Of a stretch of DNA of 64,000 bases, positions 39,271-52,329 are shown piece by piece. How positions within the stretch are numbered: the first letter of the stretch is position 1; each line of letters begins with the position of its first letter. Under the pieces are notes generated by a model, which saw nothing but the letters and a program-made list of their open reading frames with translations, was not told where the DNA came from and ran no database searches. The DNA is from Lama glama. Lineage: Eukaryota. Position numbers and translations under genes: made by a program. The stretch covers positions 107,882,001 to 107,946,000 of the forward strand of contig CM052817.1 in assembly GCA_028534125.1 (NCBI GenBank), given 5' to 3'.

Positions 39271-40544
39271 GTGTGTTCATGTGCCACTGACTAAAGTTGT
39301 ACTCAGTGGAGGAATAAAGCCAGGGACAAGCAAACATTCAGTTTTAAGAAGGTGCTGGTCTTCAGATACCAACACATCCCCTGTAGAATCAGGTTTCCTT
39401 GTGTGTATAAAGGAAGATCGCCAGAACATAATTCAGACAGAAACACTGCTACCCAAGATGGTACACCCTTCGTGATAAACTCTGGCACTTTGGAGGCACA
39501 AGTTCAAGGTGGCGTCCTGGGCAGCGACAAGGTCATTGTAGCACTGGCTACACCTGGAGCGACCCCAGACGCTTCCGCACATGCCCAGCCATTTTTTGGA
39601 CATGGCTACATTCTGTTTCTAACTTTTGCTTGTATTTCCCCCTGTTCCTGTCCTAGTTTCAGAGCAATCAGAGCATTTAAAGGCAGCATAACGAACAGAG
39701 AGAGAGAGAGAGAAAGGAATTACCACCCGGAAACTATATACGACCTCCTGATTTTAATAGTTTTTTAACTGATGTTATCTTATTGCGTAGTCACGTAAAA
39801 CAAGTAGAGAAGGAAGGAGAGCTGTCCCATGGCTCAGTTTAACAGATGGCAAAGCTCACGGTCCTAGGGGCTAAGTGACCAGTCACTGTCACCCGCTATT
39901 CAGTGATAGGAGACAAGACTCTAGATTCTGAGTGAAGTGAATTTTCCAGTTACGACAATGACTCTGGAACTTAACTTTCATCCCTTCACTAAGGCTACCC
40001 CTAGGATATTTCTCTTTTCTAATCGATGTTATATAAACACCATGCCCAGCATTCCACAAATGCCATGGCAACAAATAAGAGAAAAATTATATAAAATGAT
40101 ATTGCAGTATGACTCACAAGATTGCCTGATTGCATCCCTGAATGTTTTTCTGAGGCTATTCAAGATAGATGACAAAGGTCCTAAAATGACACTGTTGACA
40201 TTCCTACATATCTTCTTTGAGAATTTGGAGGCTGGCCAGGCATTCATTTGGATACTGCTGGGACTGAGGCTGTAGCTTATAAACTGGGTCACAGCATGCG
40301 CCTGAGATGGCTTAGAGATGCTGTGGGCCTTGACGGCGCTGAGCAGAGGGGCTTCCTGTACGCTGGCTGACTTCAATGGTCCCCTGCTAGCCTCCACGCA
40401 GCACTCAGAGTCTCAGGCAACTACGTGCCTGTCCTTCAGGGTCCCTAAGAGTCAGCTCTTCCTTTGTAAGTCTTTAGCCTTCTTCCTTGTTTGCTTTTAA
40501 CTGACAGTACAGAAATGCAGCAATTTCTGTATCTTTTTTGAATA

Positions 40545-40912
40545 GGTTATTGTTTGACGAAATTGTCCTCTCCACGTCTCCCTGTTGAAGCCCTGACCTC
40601 TGATGTGATGGCATTTGGAGACGGGCATTTGGAAGGTAATCATGGGGTGATGCGGGTAGGACCTTCATGATGGCCCCAACGCCCTGAGAGAGGGAGACAC
40701 CGGAGAGCTTGCTATCTCTTCTCTCTGCACCGTGTGAGGACACAGCGAGAAGGTGGCCCTCTGTGAGCCAGGAAGAAAGTCCTCCCCGGACTCGGACCAC
40801 ACTGGTACCCTGATCTTAGACTCCCCAGCCTCCAGAACTGTGAGGAAATAAATTTTTATTGTTTAAGCCACCCAGCCTGTGGGGTCTGATCACAGCAGCT
40901 CAAGCTCACAAA
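40545..40912 (+). mobile_element. MLT1A-like MaLR solo LTR
   Basis: 'gtgtgaggacacagcgagaaggtggcc...ccctgatcttagactccccagcctccagaactgtgaggaaataaatttttattgtttaagccacccag'. Confidence 0.85.
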
Positions 40913-43084
40913 GTCTTGGTAGTTACAGCATTTAACTGCCATCTCATGGGAGTCACCAACTCGCGCGCTAAGTGGAAGACCACTAGATTTTCGAGATTTA
41001 AAAAGACCTCCTCCAGCCTCTCAAAATGAAGAACCCAAAAATCATCCCCAGTTGAGAACCACTGGCCTATGGCAAGAAAGGAGAATACCAGAAGGCAGCT
41101 TATGGAGAAGGCTATAGGATGTTTGTCTAAAAGTCTAACTGATGCAAGGAATAAATTCGCAAAAAATTTTTAAAAAACAGTATTTTTATTTTTATTTATT
41201 TATTTTTTTTGCCTAGGACTCCAGATAATTAATGCCTTTCTATGCTTCGAAATTGGGCATGAGTTCGACTAAAGTATTTGTTAAGCACTTAACTCCTATT
41301 TCATGGTGTACGTTTCCTAGATATGGCAAGAAAATGTCATGTGGTGGATTGGAAGGGAACACTTTACTATGTTGGATGTGGAGGACAATTTAGCTGAGGG
41401 TCCACTGTCTTTTAGTATCAAGTTGTAGAGGAAAAGCTAACTTTTCCCTAAAAAAATGTTTTGGATGTTTCCAAGTTACGTGATCTCTCCTGAGACAGAT
41501 GTTCGGTCAATTAAAGTCCAACTTCCTCCCCAATTGTTTCCCTCCTCCAGTGCTTCCTGGGATGCCGTCTGAAGCTGGGTGGCTCACTGCATCCTCACTG
41601 CCGTGGAGGGAGGGGTCCTTCCATCCGCTTCTAAGGAGGTGGACGCCCTTGTTCTGCCTCATCACCGAGCTCCTTGTATTCCTTTGTTGTGAAGTCTATG
41701 GCGGGTGGTCTGTTGCATCTGCTCTGGGTACAGTCAGGGTCAGTCAGCGGGTCCTTGCTGACTCGGTCCCCCCTTCCTTTTTTCCTGAGTCTTTGTCATG
41801 TGCATTGTGGTCCATGCACCTCCTGCACACGACAGTCCCATGGCAGACCTATGGCTCCCAGTTCCACAGAAGACCTCCTGAAGGGCACAGGGAAAGCCTG
41901 CCTTCAGGCTGCATGATGGGACAGGATACTGATCACATCCTTGCGAAGAGGTCCTGGGCGAAAAAGAGATCATTTGAGATGGTGTGGCCAAGTCTTTTGA
42001 AAGCACAGTTTGATGCCAGCCACACACAGTTTTCATAATACTGGAACACATCATGTAAATGCTGATGCGAAGAAGTATTTAGTGACTATGTAAAAATTCA
42101 AGGCCTCCCTTGTGGATGCATGTTTGATTATAAGTTAATGAATATTTTCTTCTTTTACCAACTGTCACAACAAACCTCGAAACTTAAATAACATCAGAAA
42201 CATATGCTTTGGTACCCCCTTGTCAACTGTGTTTAAAAAGCCCTAAGCTTATATTTTTTAAAAAGCTCTATCTAAGCCATTCTAAGGGCTAGAATAATCT
42301 CTGCCTTTACAACTTCATGAGAGGAAGTTTTTCATTTTTGAGTTACATTATTCTGCTGGATTGACTTTACCCTGAAAATCATAAATTAAAAATGTCTAGA
42401 ATCTTAAAAGAATTCTTTATTTCTGAGTTTCTCCTAAATAGGAAGATAACTGTTATTGTTGAAATGATGCCTGGTTGGTTGACATGAGGCCCATGTCTTC
42501 AGTTGTGCTTCTGCTCTGATTGTCTTTCTTTCCTCCATTTCCAGTCATTTGCTCCTGAGATAAACATTAAACAAGTTCCCTGTTAACGTAATTATATCTT
42601 GAATAACCTTCATGCTTCCTATGTTGATAAATTTTGATTGATTCTGATCAATATTCTCCCTGTTCAAAGTATCTATTTTTAACAACAAAAAGAGCAGCAG
42701 CAGCAAAAAACAAAAGCAAATAAACAACAATAACAACATAAAAAAACCTTTGCCTCAACAGGAAAACACTAGAGCCGGCACAAATCCTGAGATTGTCCGG
42801 TCAGTCTTTGGACGGGAGGAAACCGCATTGACAGCTCTGATTATTCAGTGAATAAGTCTTTGTCAACCAGATGCTAGAAGAAACAGGGTTCTTAACTCTA
42901 GGTTTCTTAACTGTTGGTCCATTGCTGTTGCTTTACGATCTTAAGATCAATCTTAAATGTAAATTAGAGATATTAGTGAAGCCTTTTTGGAAGGATATTC
43001 CCATGTTTGTGAATTTGGAAGTTGCTACTCGGAACAAGTCATCTCATTCATGGTGCACAGAGGACGTGCTACATATCAGACCTG

Positions 43085-43270
43085 CACAAAGCACTTGTCT
43101 TCGCTCAGCTCCTTTACATCTAAGAGCAGCCCGATGATGGCATCATTGCTCTTATTACTTCTACTTGATAGATGAAGAATCAGAAGCTCAGACAGGCAAA
43201 GCAACGTATCTGAAGTCCCACTGTGAGTGAGTGATGCAGCAGAATTTGAATGCAGACTGCTGGCTTCCTG
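43085..43270 (-). mobile_element. MIR SINE
   Basis: 'atagatgaagaatcagaagctcagacaggcaaagcaac...gcagaatttgaatgcag'. Confidence 0.65.
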
Positions 43271-45418
43271 AGCACGTGGACTGGGTGACTTTCTCCTGGG
43301 AGGTCGAAGCTGGCCACAGCTGCTCCACTTGTTTGTTTGAGCCTACAAAACTGGGAATTCTGTAATTTACCCTGTGCCTTTTCTACAGTGCTTATTAAAT
43401 AAACTTAGCTCCATCACTGTGACTCGCCTCTACTGAATTGAATGATTTTCAGGAATGACTTTTCCCTGCTAAACTCCGGGCTGCAAATTGCTTTCCTGGT
43501 TTGACCTCCCACGGTCTCTTTTTTCCCACCATTCCCTTGTCTTAATAGATTTTATCTTGTGTTGTAGGTATCTTTATACACATCTTTATATATGTTTGTA
43601 TTGTATACATCATTACAAATCTCTTTATAACTTTTTTTTGAACAAAGCAAGACACAAAGAAATAGAAAACAAATAAATAAATGATACAACCTCAAATCAC
43701 CTCCCTGAAAAGCTAGAATAATGCAGGTTGGTAATTCATGAATCCAGGGTGAACCGTGGGCTGTCCAGAAGCAGACATGGAAAAAGCCCCAGCCTATCCA
43801 AACACCAGGCTCTACCAGATGGGAAGTATAATCAGGGCTCATAGCAGGGGGAACAGGGCGGTTCCGGGTGGTGCCCAGCGCTTCACTCTAGCGGGACACT
43901 TACTGACTCACAAAGGCATAAATTCGCCAGACATCGCTACTGGATGACTTCCGGTTTTTTGACTACAGTGGCTCTTCTATCGGAAACCCAAAGAGAAAAC
44001 ACTGGTTAACTCAAGTAAACAAAAAAATCATCGAAACCATTCACTGTGTTTTATAAGAAGAATTGTGTCAAACAGACAATGCATTGCCCAGATGTTTGCC
44101 TGGCTTTTGGACGCTGTGTGAATTTCTGATCTTAATAATTTGGAACCAATGGCAAATATCCTTATAAATATAGAATAGCAGGTTAAATTATTCCATGGGT
44201 TTCACCACATCAGGATAATGAAAAACATTCATATTCTGTTATATAAAATCTTATGAGATGTATTTTAATGCCGCTTGTAGATATTTGTTTTAAGAAGAAA
44301 GTAATTTTCCAATATTTTATTTACCAAATGATGTTAAAAATGGATTTTTGTATACTGTATTATTCTATTTCTCTTTCTTCTTGCTAAGAGTCAGTCTAAA
44401 ATAACAACTGAATAATAAACTCTTCATGGTGAAGTAGGTCTCTCTAGATTCCCATAATGAGATCTCCAAAGGTAATTTTATTCTTCATCTGAAAAACTGA
44501 TATATTTTTAGACAATCAGGGTAAATTTGGAAATTCGGCAGTATCCATTAGACTAAAATATTTTCTTGGTGTCTGTTTCTTAAATTCTGTAAACCAAAAA
44601 GCAAATATAAGCCTTACAATCTCAGGTTTGTGTGTAGAAATAGAAACCACTTTATTTCCAATTTTAGTAAAAATATTTATAAAGGATGCTGTAACTCTTA
44701 TCTTTGAAAACAAGTAGGTTTCAGCTGGAATAATAATATGTTAATTAAATTGAAATTGACTAAGTCAGACAACACTATATATTTGCTAGTGCTTCAGTTT
44801 TCATCAGGAGAAGAATGAATATGCTTTAGTATTCAGCTGCCACCACCATGTTTGGCTCCGTGGCTGTGCTGTGGAAAGAGAAACAACAGAAAAGGCCGTC
44901 TGTCTGCTCTCTCCACATTTAGCAGAGAAATCAGTATCTCCCAGAGCAGCAGGATTATATCTTCACTGTCAAACACAGTTGCCCAATTCTCCGCTCCAGA
45001 TTTTTTTTTTATAATATTCTACTTTGGAGTGCTAAAATGTTGAAATATGTAAAATAGGCAAACATGTCCATTTGGAAGGCACAATGCAAACAAAAGATAA
45101 ACAGATTCTATTTAGCACTGTAGCATTACCAGTTGAACTCATCTCACTTGCTACAGACATGATCTTTATTAATAACGGAATCAGAATGAATTATCCAAAA
45201 AAGTTTCCAAACACAGTACTTAGATCTACACAGCGAGAACATTTTGTTACTTTCTTCCCCTTGACCAATTGGATGCTCTCTTAGATTATGCCAACAGACC
45301 ACAGTAGTCTTTTTAGACAGCCAGTGAAAACCAATTATGCAGTTAAAACTAACAATGCCAGCCCAGGAGCATGCTTAAAAATACTACCTTTAAAATATCC
45401 TGATGGTCACAACTTCAG

Positions 45419-46098
45419 TGCTGGGAAACAAGCCACCGGAAAACAAGCATCTAGAAAACAAGCCGCACCTAAATTTCCATGAGCTTAAACTATTATATTC
45501 ACACTTACTTGCTTAAAATGCACATGTTTGCTTTGTTTTAATGTTCTACATAATAGATAACCTACAGCATTATGTATGTATTTTGCTAAAGAAAATTTGT
45601 AAGGAGAAATCCTGAGATTGACCATAAGAGCATGAAACAGGGCAGATATTTCCTTAGGGTGAAACAGTGGACGTCCTGGAGAGCCAGATCATCCATTAAC
45701 AGAACTTTGTTCTGGCATGAAAGCATGCAGTTTAACCCAGGGGAAGTATTTGCTATCTCGAGATGTCCCGGAGGCAGTAACAGGATAGACTTAGAAAGTT
45801 TGCATCCCCCGAGGAGGGTGATTGTTCCTGCAAGGGATAGGCCTGAAATTAATCAGTTAACCAGCAAGCAGAACTTCGTGCTTATCGCAGGGAATGTCTA
45901 AAGCCCCACCACTTTGATCGTATTTTTTTCTGATCTGTGTACTCCTAATAATGTGATGTCGACCAGGCTTTCGGAGCTCTAGATCCACGAGATCTTGAGT
46001 CCCCTGGTCCCATCTTTATTCTTTACTTTGTCTCTTTGTTTCTTAAGTCTTGTGTCGCCCGTCCTCAGACACAGTCCTGAGCTGTGCTGGACACAGCA
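45419..46098 (+). mobile_element. Solo LTR, ERVK/class II-like (copy 1)
   Basis: TG...CA termini and a perfect 6-bp TSD CTTCAG (45413-45418, 46099-46104). A second copy lies at 63146-63786. No primer-binding site follows. Confidence 0.9.
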
Positions 46099-46779
46099 CT
46101 TCAGGGCAATTTAGGAAGTACCTTCATCTCCAGTCCAGTCTGAAAATTAGCCTTCCTGTCCCAAAAGTTAAATTTGAGAAACTTTTCCCACTAGCAGAAA
46201 GTGGGTCAGAAAACAGAAACAGTGGAGAGGACACAGAAGACAGACCATATGAGCCATATACACAAAAAAGGGAGGTTGCCCCGGGCTGCTGACAATAGAC
46301 CGACACAAATACCATTTACAGGTGTCACAGCATGGATGCAGACTTACTTTCCCTGACACTTTTCACTCTTTGATTGACTCATCTTGAAGGGAACAAAAAC
46401 AGTTTTTTAAGGTACTGTAAAATACCTACTATTGAATCTTTCCATTAGAAATACGTGAAATAGACTCTGAGAAGCCTTAACAGGTGGAGCTGGGTGGGTC
46501 TGAAAAATCTCTGTATTTTTAGAACTTTTTGCCCAAGACTAGCTGGGGTTATAGTTAGGGGAAGATGGTGCAAATATGCGATTTTTATTCTGCCAGTTTC
46601 CGGGTAGTAACTATCCCTTTTCCCGTGTATACAACATGCTGAATTTGTGCAGACACCAAACCTGTGTCTAGAGGGGCTTGGCTCTGTGCAGTGAACAGGG
46701 TGGAAATCAGAGTCACTCGGTGGTCTCTGCAGTGGCTGATCATTCACAGACACAGAGGGACCAGGCCTGTCCTCCTCCT

Positions 46780-46896
46780 GCATCCTCAGGGAGGAAGCAT
46801 CCTTAGGTGGCAGCATCCCCAGTGGGGGAGAATCCTCAAGTAGAAGCATCCTTGCAGGGGAGCATCCTCAGTGGGGGGAGTATCCTCAGTGGGGAG
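46780..46896. repeat. Degenerate 16-18-bp tandem repeat, about 7 units (GCATCCTCAGTGGGGA-like)
   Basis: Recurring g(c/a/t)atcc-..-gggga units are visible. Confidence 0.8.
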
Positions 46897-47544
46897 CTAG
46901 GGGAAAGCAGGCTATAAACACTCTCCTAGACACAAAGACAAAGAACAAGTAAATTCTAAAGGAACTGATGCTCTTTTTGCTTAATTAGTTTTAAAATCTG
47001 AAGCTCTTATAAGTAGCTATGTGATAAAAGTAAAGACAGTAAAGGAACTTGGTGGGAACTTGGATGTGGTACAGCATCAGCCACTATGAATCTGATGAAC
47101 TTTTCACTTGTGACCTTTGAAAGTATGATGACTATAAAACATGGGGGAAAATTCCTGTAGAAAACATTTTTAGGATTTTAAAATGTATAAAGATGGCCAT
47201 TATTAAGTAACGATTTGAAGCCATATTAAATTTTTCATGATTGAGAATTTCTAATGAATGATATTACAGTGAAATTGACATACATCCAGTTATTTTTTAA
47301 AATAGATAAAATGCATACTTCTGAACATTTTTTTGAAATTATATTTTAAAGATACTCTGCTATAATGAGGAGCTCTAGAGAAATCATTTTTAAGGTACTT
47401 GTATACCAGCAGAGAATGAAAAATCTCTTACACAATTTAGAGCAAAAGGTCAATGATTTAGAGAGGGACAAAGATAACACAAGCTGGAAACAATGAAATA
47501 TCATTGTCAAAGTGCTAAAAGGAAAATCTTTCAACCCCCCCAAA

Positions 47545-47632
47545 ATTTTTTACTGGAGATACTACTGTGGATTGAAACCAGGACTTCATGCATTCTAAGC
47601 AGGCACTCTACCACTGAGCTACACTCTCAGCC
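47545..47632 (-). mobile_element. tRNA-derived camelid SINE
   Basis: 'ggattgaaaccaggacttcatgcattctaagcaggcactctaccactgagctacac' is the reverse of the SINE head. Confidence 0.85.
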
Positions 47633-47765
47633 TTCAGCCTAAAATTCTACACTCAGCAAAAATGTATGTGAAAAAAGAGGGCAAAACATAGTTTTTCAAA
47701 CAAACAAAAGTGGAGAGAATTTGTCCCCAGCCAACTTGCACCACAGAAAGTACGTAACGGAGTCC

Positions 47766-48257
47766 TCTATAGTGGCTACACCAAACTGCATTCCTACAAG
47801 CAGTGTAGGAGGGTTCCCTTTTCTCCACACCCTTTCCAGCATTTATTATTTGTAGACTTTTTGGGGATGGGCTAAGTAAGTCAGACAGAGAAAGACAAAT
47901 ATCATGGTATCACTTATACGTGGAATCTACAAAATAGTTACAAAACAGAAAGAGACTCACAGACATAGAGAACAAACTCATGGTTATCAAAGGGAAGAGG
48001 CAGGGGGTAAATTGGGAGTCTGGGATTAACAGGTACACATACTGTATATAAAGGAGATAAACAACAAGGACTGACTGTGCAGCACAGGGAAATGCATTCA
48101 ACATCTTGTAATAAACTATAATGAAAAAGAAAATAATGCAGATGTATGCGCACATATGTGTGCAGCCCAATCACTGTGCTTTACACCTGAAACTAACAAA
48201 ATATTGTGCATCAACTCTGCTTCAATTAAAACCTAAATTAAATAAGTAAGCAAAATA
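47766..48257 (+). mobile_element. Short L1 with 5' inversion and internal deletion
   Basis: 47766-47870 is antisense ORF2 end and 47871-48257 is sense 3' UTR with an A-rich tail. Flanking GAGTCC repeats at 47760-47765 and 48258-48263. Confidence 0.85.
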
Positions 48258-51149
48258 GAGTCCATCAGGTGGAAGGACAGTGGTACCAGATGGGAACTTG
48301 GATTTTCTGAAATTAATAGCATAGGGAATGATAAATACATGATTGAATATAATGCGTCAACTTTTTTTTTTAATTTCTAAGAAAGATAAATGACTCTTTG
48401 AAACAAAAACAATAGAAAGCATACTGTGGAGCTTGCACCATATGTATAACATACAAAATAAATCCTGTTTATGAAAACAAAAGCAAAAAGGATGGGGTGC
48501 AATTATATGGTTGTTAAGATTTTTTTTTTTTTACATTTTACCTGAAGTGAGGTAACATTAATTGAAGGCAGAGCATGATAAGTTAAGAATGGCCATTAAA
48601 AATTAAATAAAATTTATTTCTGTAAGAGAATAAAGAAAATAGAATAATAAACAGTAAGTCTAGAAGAGGGAAGGTAGCAGAGGTTTAAGTACAAAGCAAA
48701 TGATGAAGCAGTAGATTTTTAACTCAACCATATTCTTAATTAAATTAAAAGAAGTGCTATAAAGACTCTAATTAAAAGGAAGTGATTATCCCACTGAATA
48801 AAATAGATAGACCCAATTGTATGACCTACAAAACTGCATTTCAAATGTCAAGACAAAGATGGGGTTTTATAATAAAACTAAAATAGAAATATGCATTCAT
48901 GTATAATATACCTCTGATAATGAAGACACAGGCATAACTATATTAACATCAGAGAAAGTAAACTTTAGGACAAGGAATTATACTTGAAAAAAATTACAAA
49001 ATGATAAAATGGGAAAGTAATTAAGACAATATTACAACCCGGAATGTGCGTGCCTGTACTAACAAAACTTCAAAATGCGGGAAACAACAGCCAACTGAAC
49101 TGAAAAGCAAAATAGAAAAATCCACAATTATATGTGGACATTATAACACTTCCCTCTCAGTGATTTGATAAAGAAGACTTGAAAGAGTGTTAAGCAATGC
49201 AAGTTAGTTGACATTTGTGAACCTTTTATTCAGCAACAGCAGAATAAACATTCTTCCCAAAAGTGTATGAACAACTCATCAAAATAGATTCTGGAGTATA
49301 AGGCATGTCTTAATAAATTAAAAGGACTCAAACTACAAAGATTGTATTTTGCATGTAACAATTACATTTTAAATTGACAGCAGAAAATTACCAAATATTT
49401 GTCCATTAATCAAAACACTTCTGTATAAATATGAGTCAAGGGCAACTTACCAAGGTATTAAAATATTCTGATTGGAATAAAAATAAAAACAAGTATGTCA
49501 AAATTTGTGAGATACAGATAATACAATGTTTAGAAGGAAATTTAAGGCTTTAAATAATTATATTAGAAAAAAGAAACATCTAAAATGCTTTATATTAACA
49601 CTTAATGAAATGAGGGGAAAAAAGAAACCTTAAATGCAAGGTTACTAGAACAAAGTAAATAATAAGAAAAATCAAAAAAATCAAAGGATTTTTCCAAAGG
49701 TCAGAAATGAATAAACTTCTGGCTAGACTGATAGAAAACAAAAGAATGAACACACAAATGACCAAAGTCAGAAGTGAAAGAGAAAGCTCCCAAGTTTACA
49801 GATATTAAGACAAAAGGTAATATTTTGAAGAATTTTGTGACAATAAATTTGACAATTACATAAAATTAAAAAATCATTAGGAAGACACAGATGACCAGCA
49901 ATGCTTAATCTCTAAATACCAGGTAATTAATATATTCTGTATTATACTGCATAATGAGGAAACGGTGAAAAGTTAAGATCTTTTTTGGCATTGATACCTA
50001 CGGTTAATTACCATACCTCTGAGTTAATATTTTAGGACCGTATTTACTAACTCTCTAGGAAGAACTATGATAGGGATACTATTGTGTACACAGCTGGCGC
50101 TTAACACCGTTATTTATTGGATAACATAGATCACGGCTTTAAAGGACGCAATACACAGCCAGGAGAACGATGGCGCTGAGAAGACTGCACACCGCGTGCT
50201 GGGGAGGCCAGGGCGCAGGCACAGCTCCCACGCGCTGGTGATGGCAGGTGCAGGTTACAACCCCCGTGGCAAAGTCCAGCCATTCCACTCCCAGGTATTT
50301 ACACACGTTAAATGACAGCACACGTTTGCACGTTATGTTCCAGCCCAGAGTTGGACACCAGCAGGTGAATAGAGTAACTTTTATTTCTATTAGCCCCCAA
50401 ATGGAAACAAGCCAAATATCCATCCATCACGAATGGATAAACAAACGATACTACGTGTAACGCAACGCCGCTCTTTAGTGAAACGAGGTAAACCGCTGAC
50501 GCACACAACAATGTGCACGAATCTCAAAAACGTGCTGCGACGCAGGAGGCTGACACACAGCAGGATATAGTATGTGATTTCGTTTACACGAAATTCTTCA
50601 ACATGTAAAACTAACCAACAGTAACGGGAAGGTCACGCTTACCTGGGGCCAGACTGGCGGGATGGGGACTTGACCGCTGAAGGGCGCACGGAAGGTGGGC
50701 AGTATCCGGATTGTAGTGTTTCCAGGGTCAAAACCCGTCCATCTCTACGCTTAAAATGCATGCATCTAATTGTGCATAAAGATTTCCTTAATGGAATGGA
50801 GTAAACAAATTTAAAAAAGAAAAAACAAAACAAAACACATTCTTGGAAGATTTTGCTCAGTATTCAAATGTTTCACTATAACAAAAAATAAGTTATAAGC
50901 TTTAATCATTAAGAATATGAAATCTACATTCTAGAAACAAAATCACCAAACCTAAATCTCTGAATTTATGCTCTATTTAGATGCAAGGATCGGTATCCTT
51001 GACTTTGCCATAATCAAACACCATACAGAAAATTGAAAATTTTTTTCATTCTTTCTTTTTTTAAAAGTGCCTACCTTATTTTTATTTTTATTTTTGCAGG
51101 GGAGGTAATTACGTTTGCTTGCTTGTTTGTTTGTTTATATAATTTTTTT

Positions 51150-51558
51150 TCAGGTTTCCTTTTATGTTCTTTATTTTTTTAACATTTTTTATTGATTATA
51201 ATCATTTTACAATGTTGTGTCAAATTCCAGTGCTCAGCACAATTTTTCAGTCATTCATGGACATATACACACTCATTGTCACATTTTTTTCTCTGTGAGT
51301 TATCATAACATTTTGTGTATATTTCCCTGTGCTATACAGTGTAATCTTGTTTATCTATTCTACAATTTTGAAATCCCAGTCTATCCCTTCCCACCCTCCA
51401 CCTCCCTGGCAACCACAAGTCTGTATTCTCTGTCTGTGAGTCTATTTCTGTCCTGTATTTATGCTTTGTTTTTGTTTGTTTGCTTGTTTTTGTTTTTGTT
51501 TTTGTTTCTTAGATTCCACATATGAGCGATCTCATATGGTATTTTTCTTTCTCTTTCT
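51150..51558 (-). mobile_element. Young L1 3' end running into the assembly gap
   Basis: 'acattttttattgattataatcattttacaatgttgtgtcaaattccagtg...tagattccacatatgagcgatctcatatggta'. Confidence 0.9.
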
Positions 51559-52058
51559 NNNNNNNNNNNNNNNNNNNNNNNNNNNNNNNNNNNNNNNNNN
51601 NNNNNNNNNNNNNNNNNNNNNNNNNNNNNNNNNNNNNNNNNNNNNNNNNNNNNNNNNNNNNNNNNNNNNNNNNNNNNNNNNNNNNNNNNNNNNNNNNNNN
51701 NNNNNNNNNNNNNNNNNNNNNNNNNNNNNNNNNNNNNNNNNNNNNNNNNNNNNNNNNNNNNNNNNNNNNNNNNNNNNNNNNNNNNNNNNNNNNNNNNNNN
51801 NNNNNNNNNNNNNNNNNNNNNNNNNNNNNNNNNNNNNNNNNNNNNNNNNNNNNNNNNNNNNNNNNNNNNNNNNNNNNNNNNNNNNNNNNNNNNNNNNNNN
51901 NNNNNNNNNNNNNNNNNNNNNNNNNNNNNNNNNNNNNNNNNNNNNNNNNNNNNNNNNNNNNNNNNNNNNNNNNNNNNNNNNNNNNNNNNNNNNNNNNNNN
52001 NNNNNNNNNNNNNNNNNNNNNNNNNNNNNNNNNNNNNNNNNNNNNNNNNNNNNNNNNN
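51559..52058. other. Assembly gap (500 N)
   Basis: Exactly 500 N characters. Confidence 0.99.
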
Positions 52059-52329
52059 TGCGAGATGATGGTGGATCAGACTGCAGTTCAAACAGATCTT
52101 GCATTCCGAATGTAATTTAAACTATTAGTGTTTGTCTGATGATGTACTTCTCAGCTTGACACATACATGTAGTGATAGTTTATATTTGAAGTAAATGTCT
52201 CAAAATTCAATAATACTCTCCTTTTGGAGAATTTGAAACTGACTGGAGATTTTTTTCCCATGTTTTAACCCACAAATATTAATGTAAATGACATATTTTT
52301 CCCATAAAATCTCATATCGAGAGAAGTTT

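Larger units (their letters stand above)
47330..50815 (+). mobile_element. Ancient, internally deleted L1 (ORF1 end, ORF2 endonuclease region, 3' end)
   Basis: ORF1-like 'caaagtgctaaaaggaaaa...cctaaaattctacactcagcaaaa'. ORF2-like 'tattaacatcagagaaagtaaacttta', 'aaatccacaattatatgtggacattataacact'. L1MC/ME-like 3' end at 50130-50800. Confidence 0.75.

Noticed and set aside
41499..42038. 179-aa ORF, the longest without Ns
   Set aside because: No recognisable domain and composition typical of a random open frame; no exon context.
51459..52120. Long ORFs of 190-219 aa
   Set aside because: They are artefacts of translating the 500-N gap.
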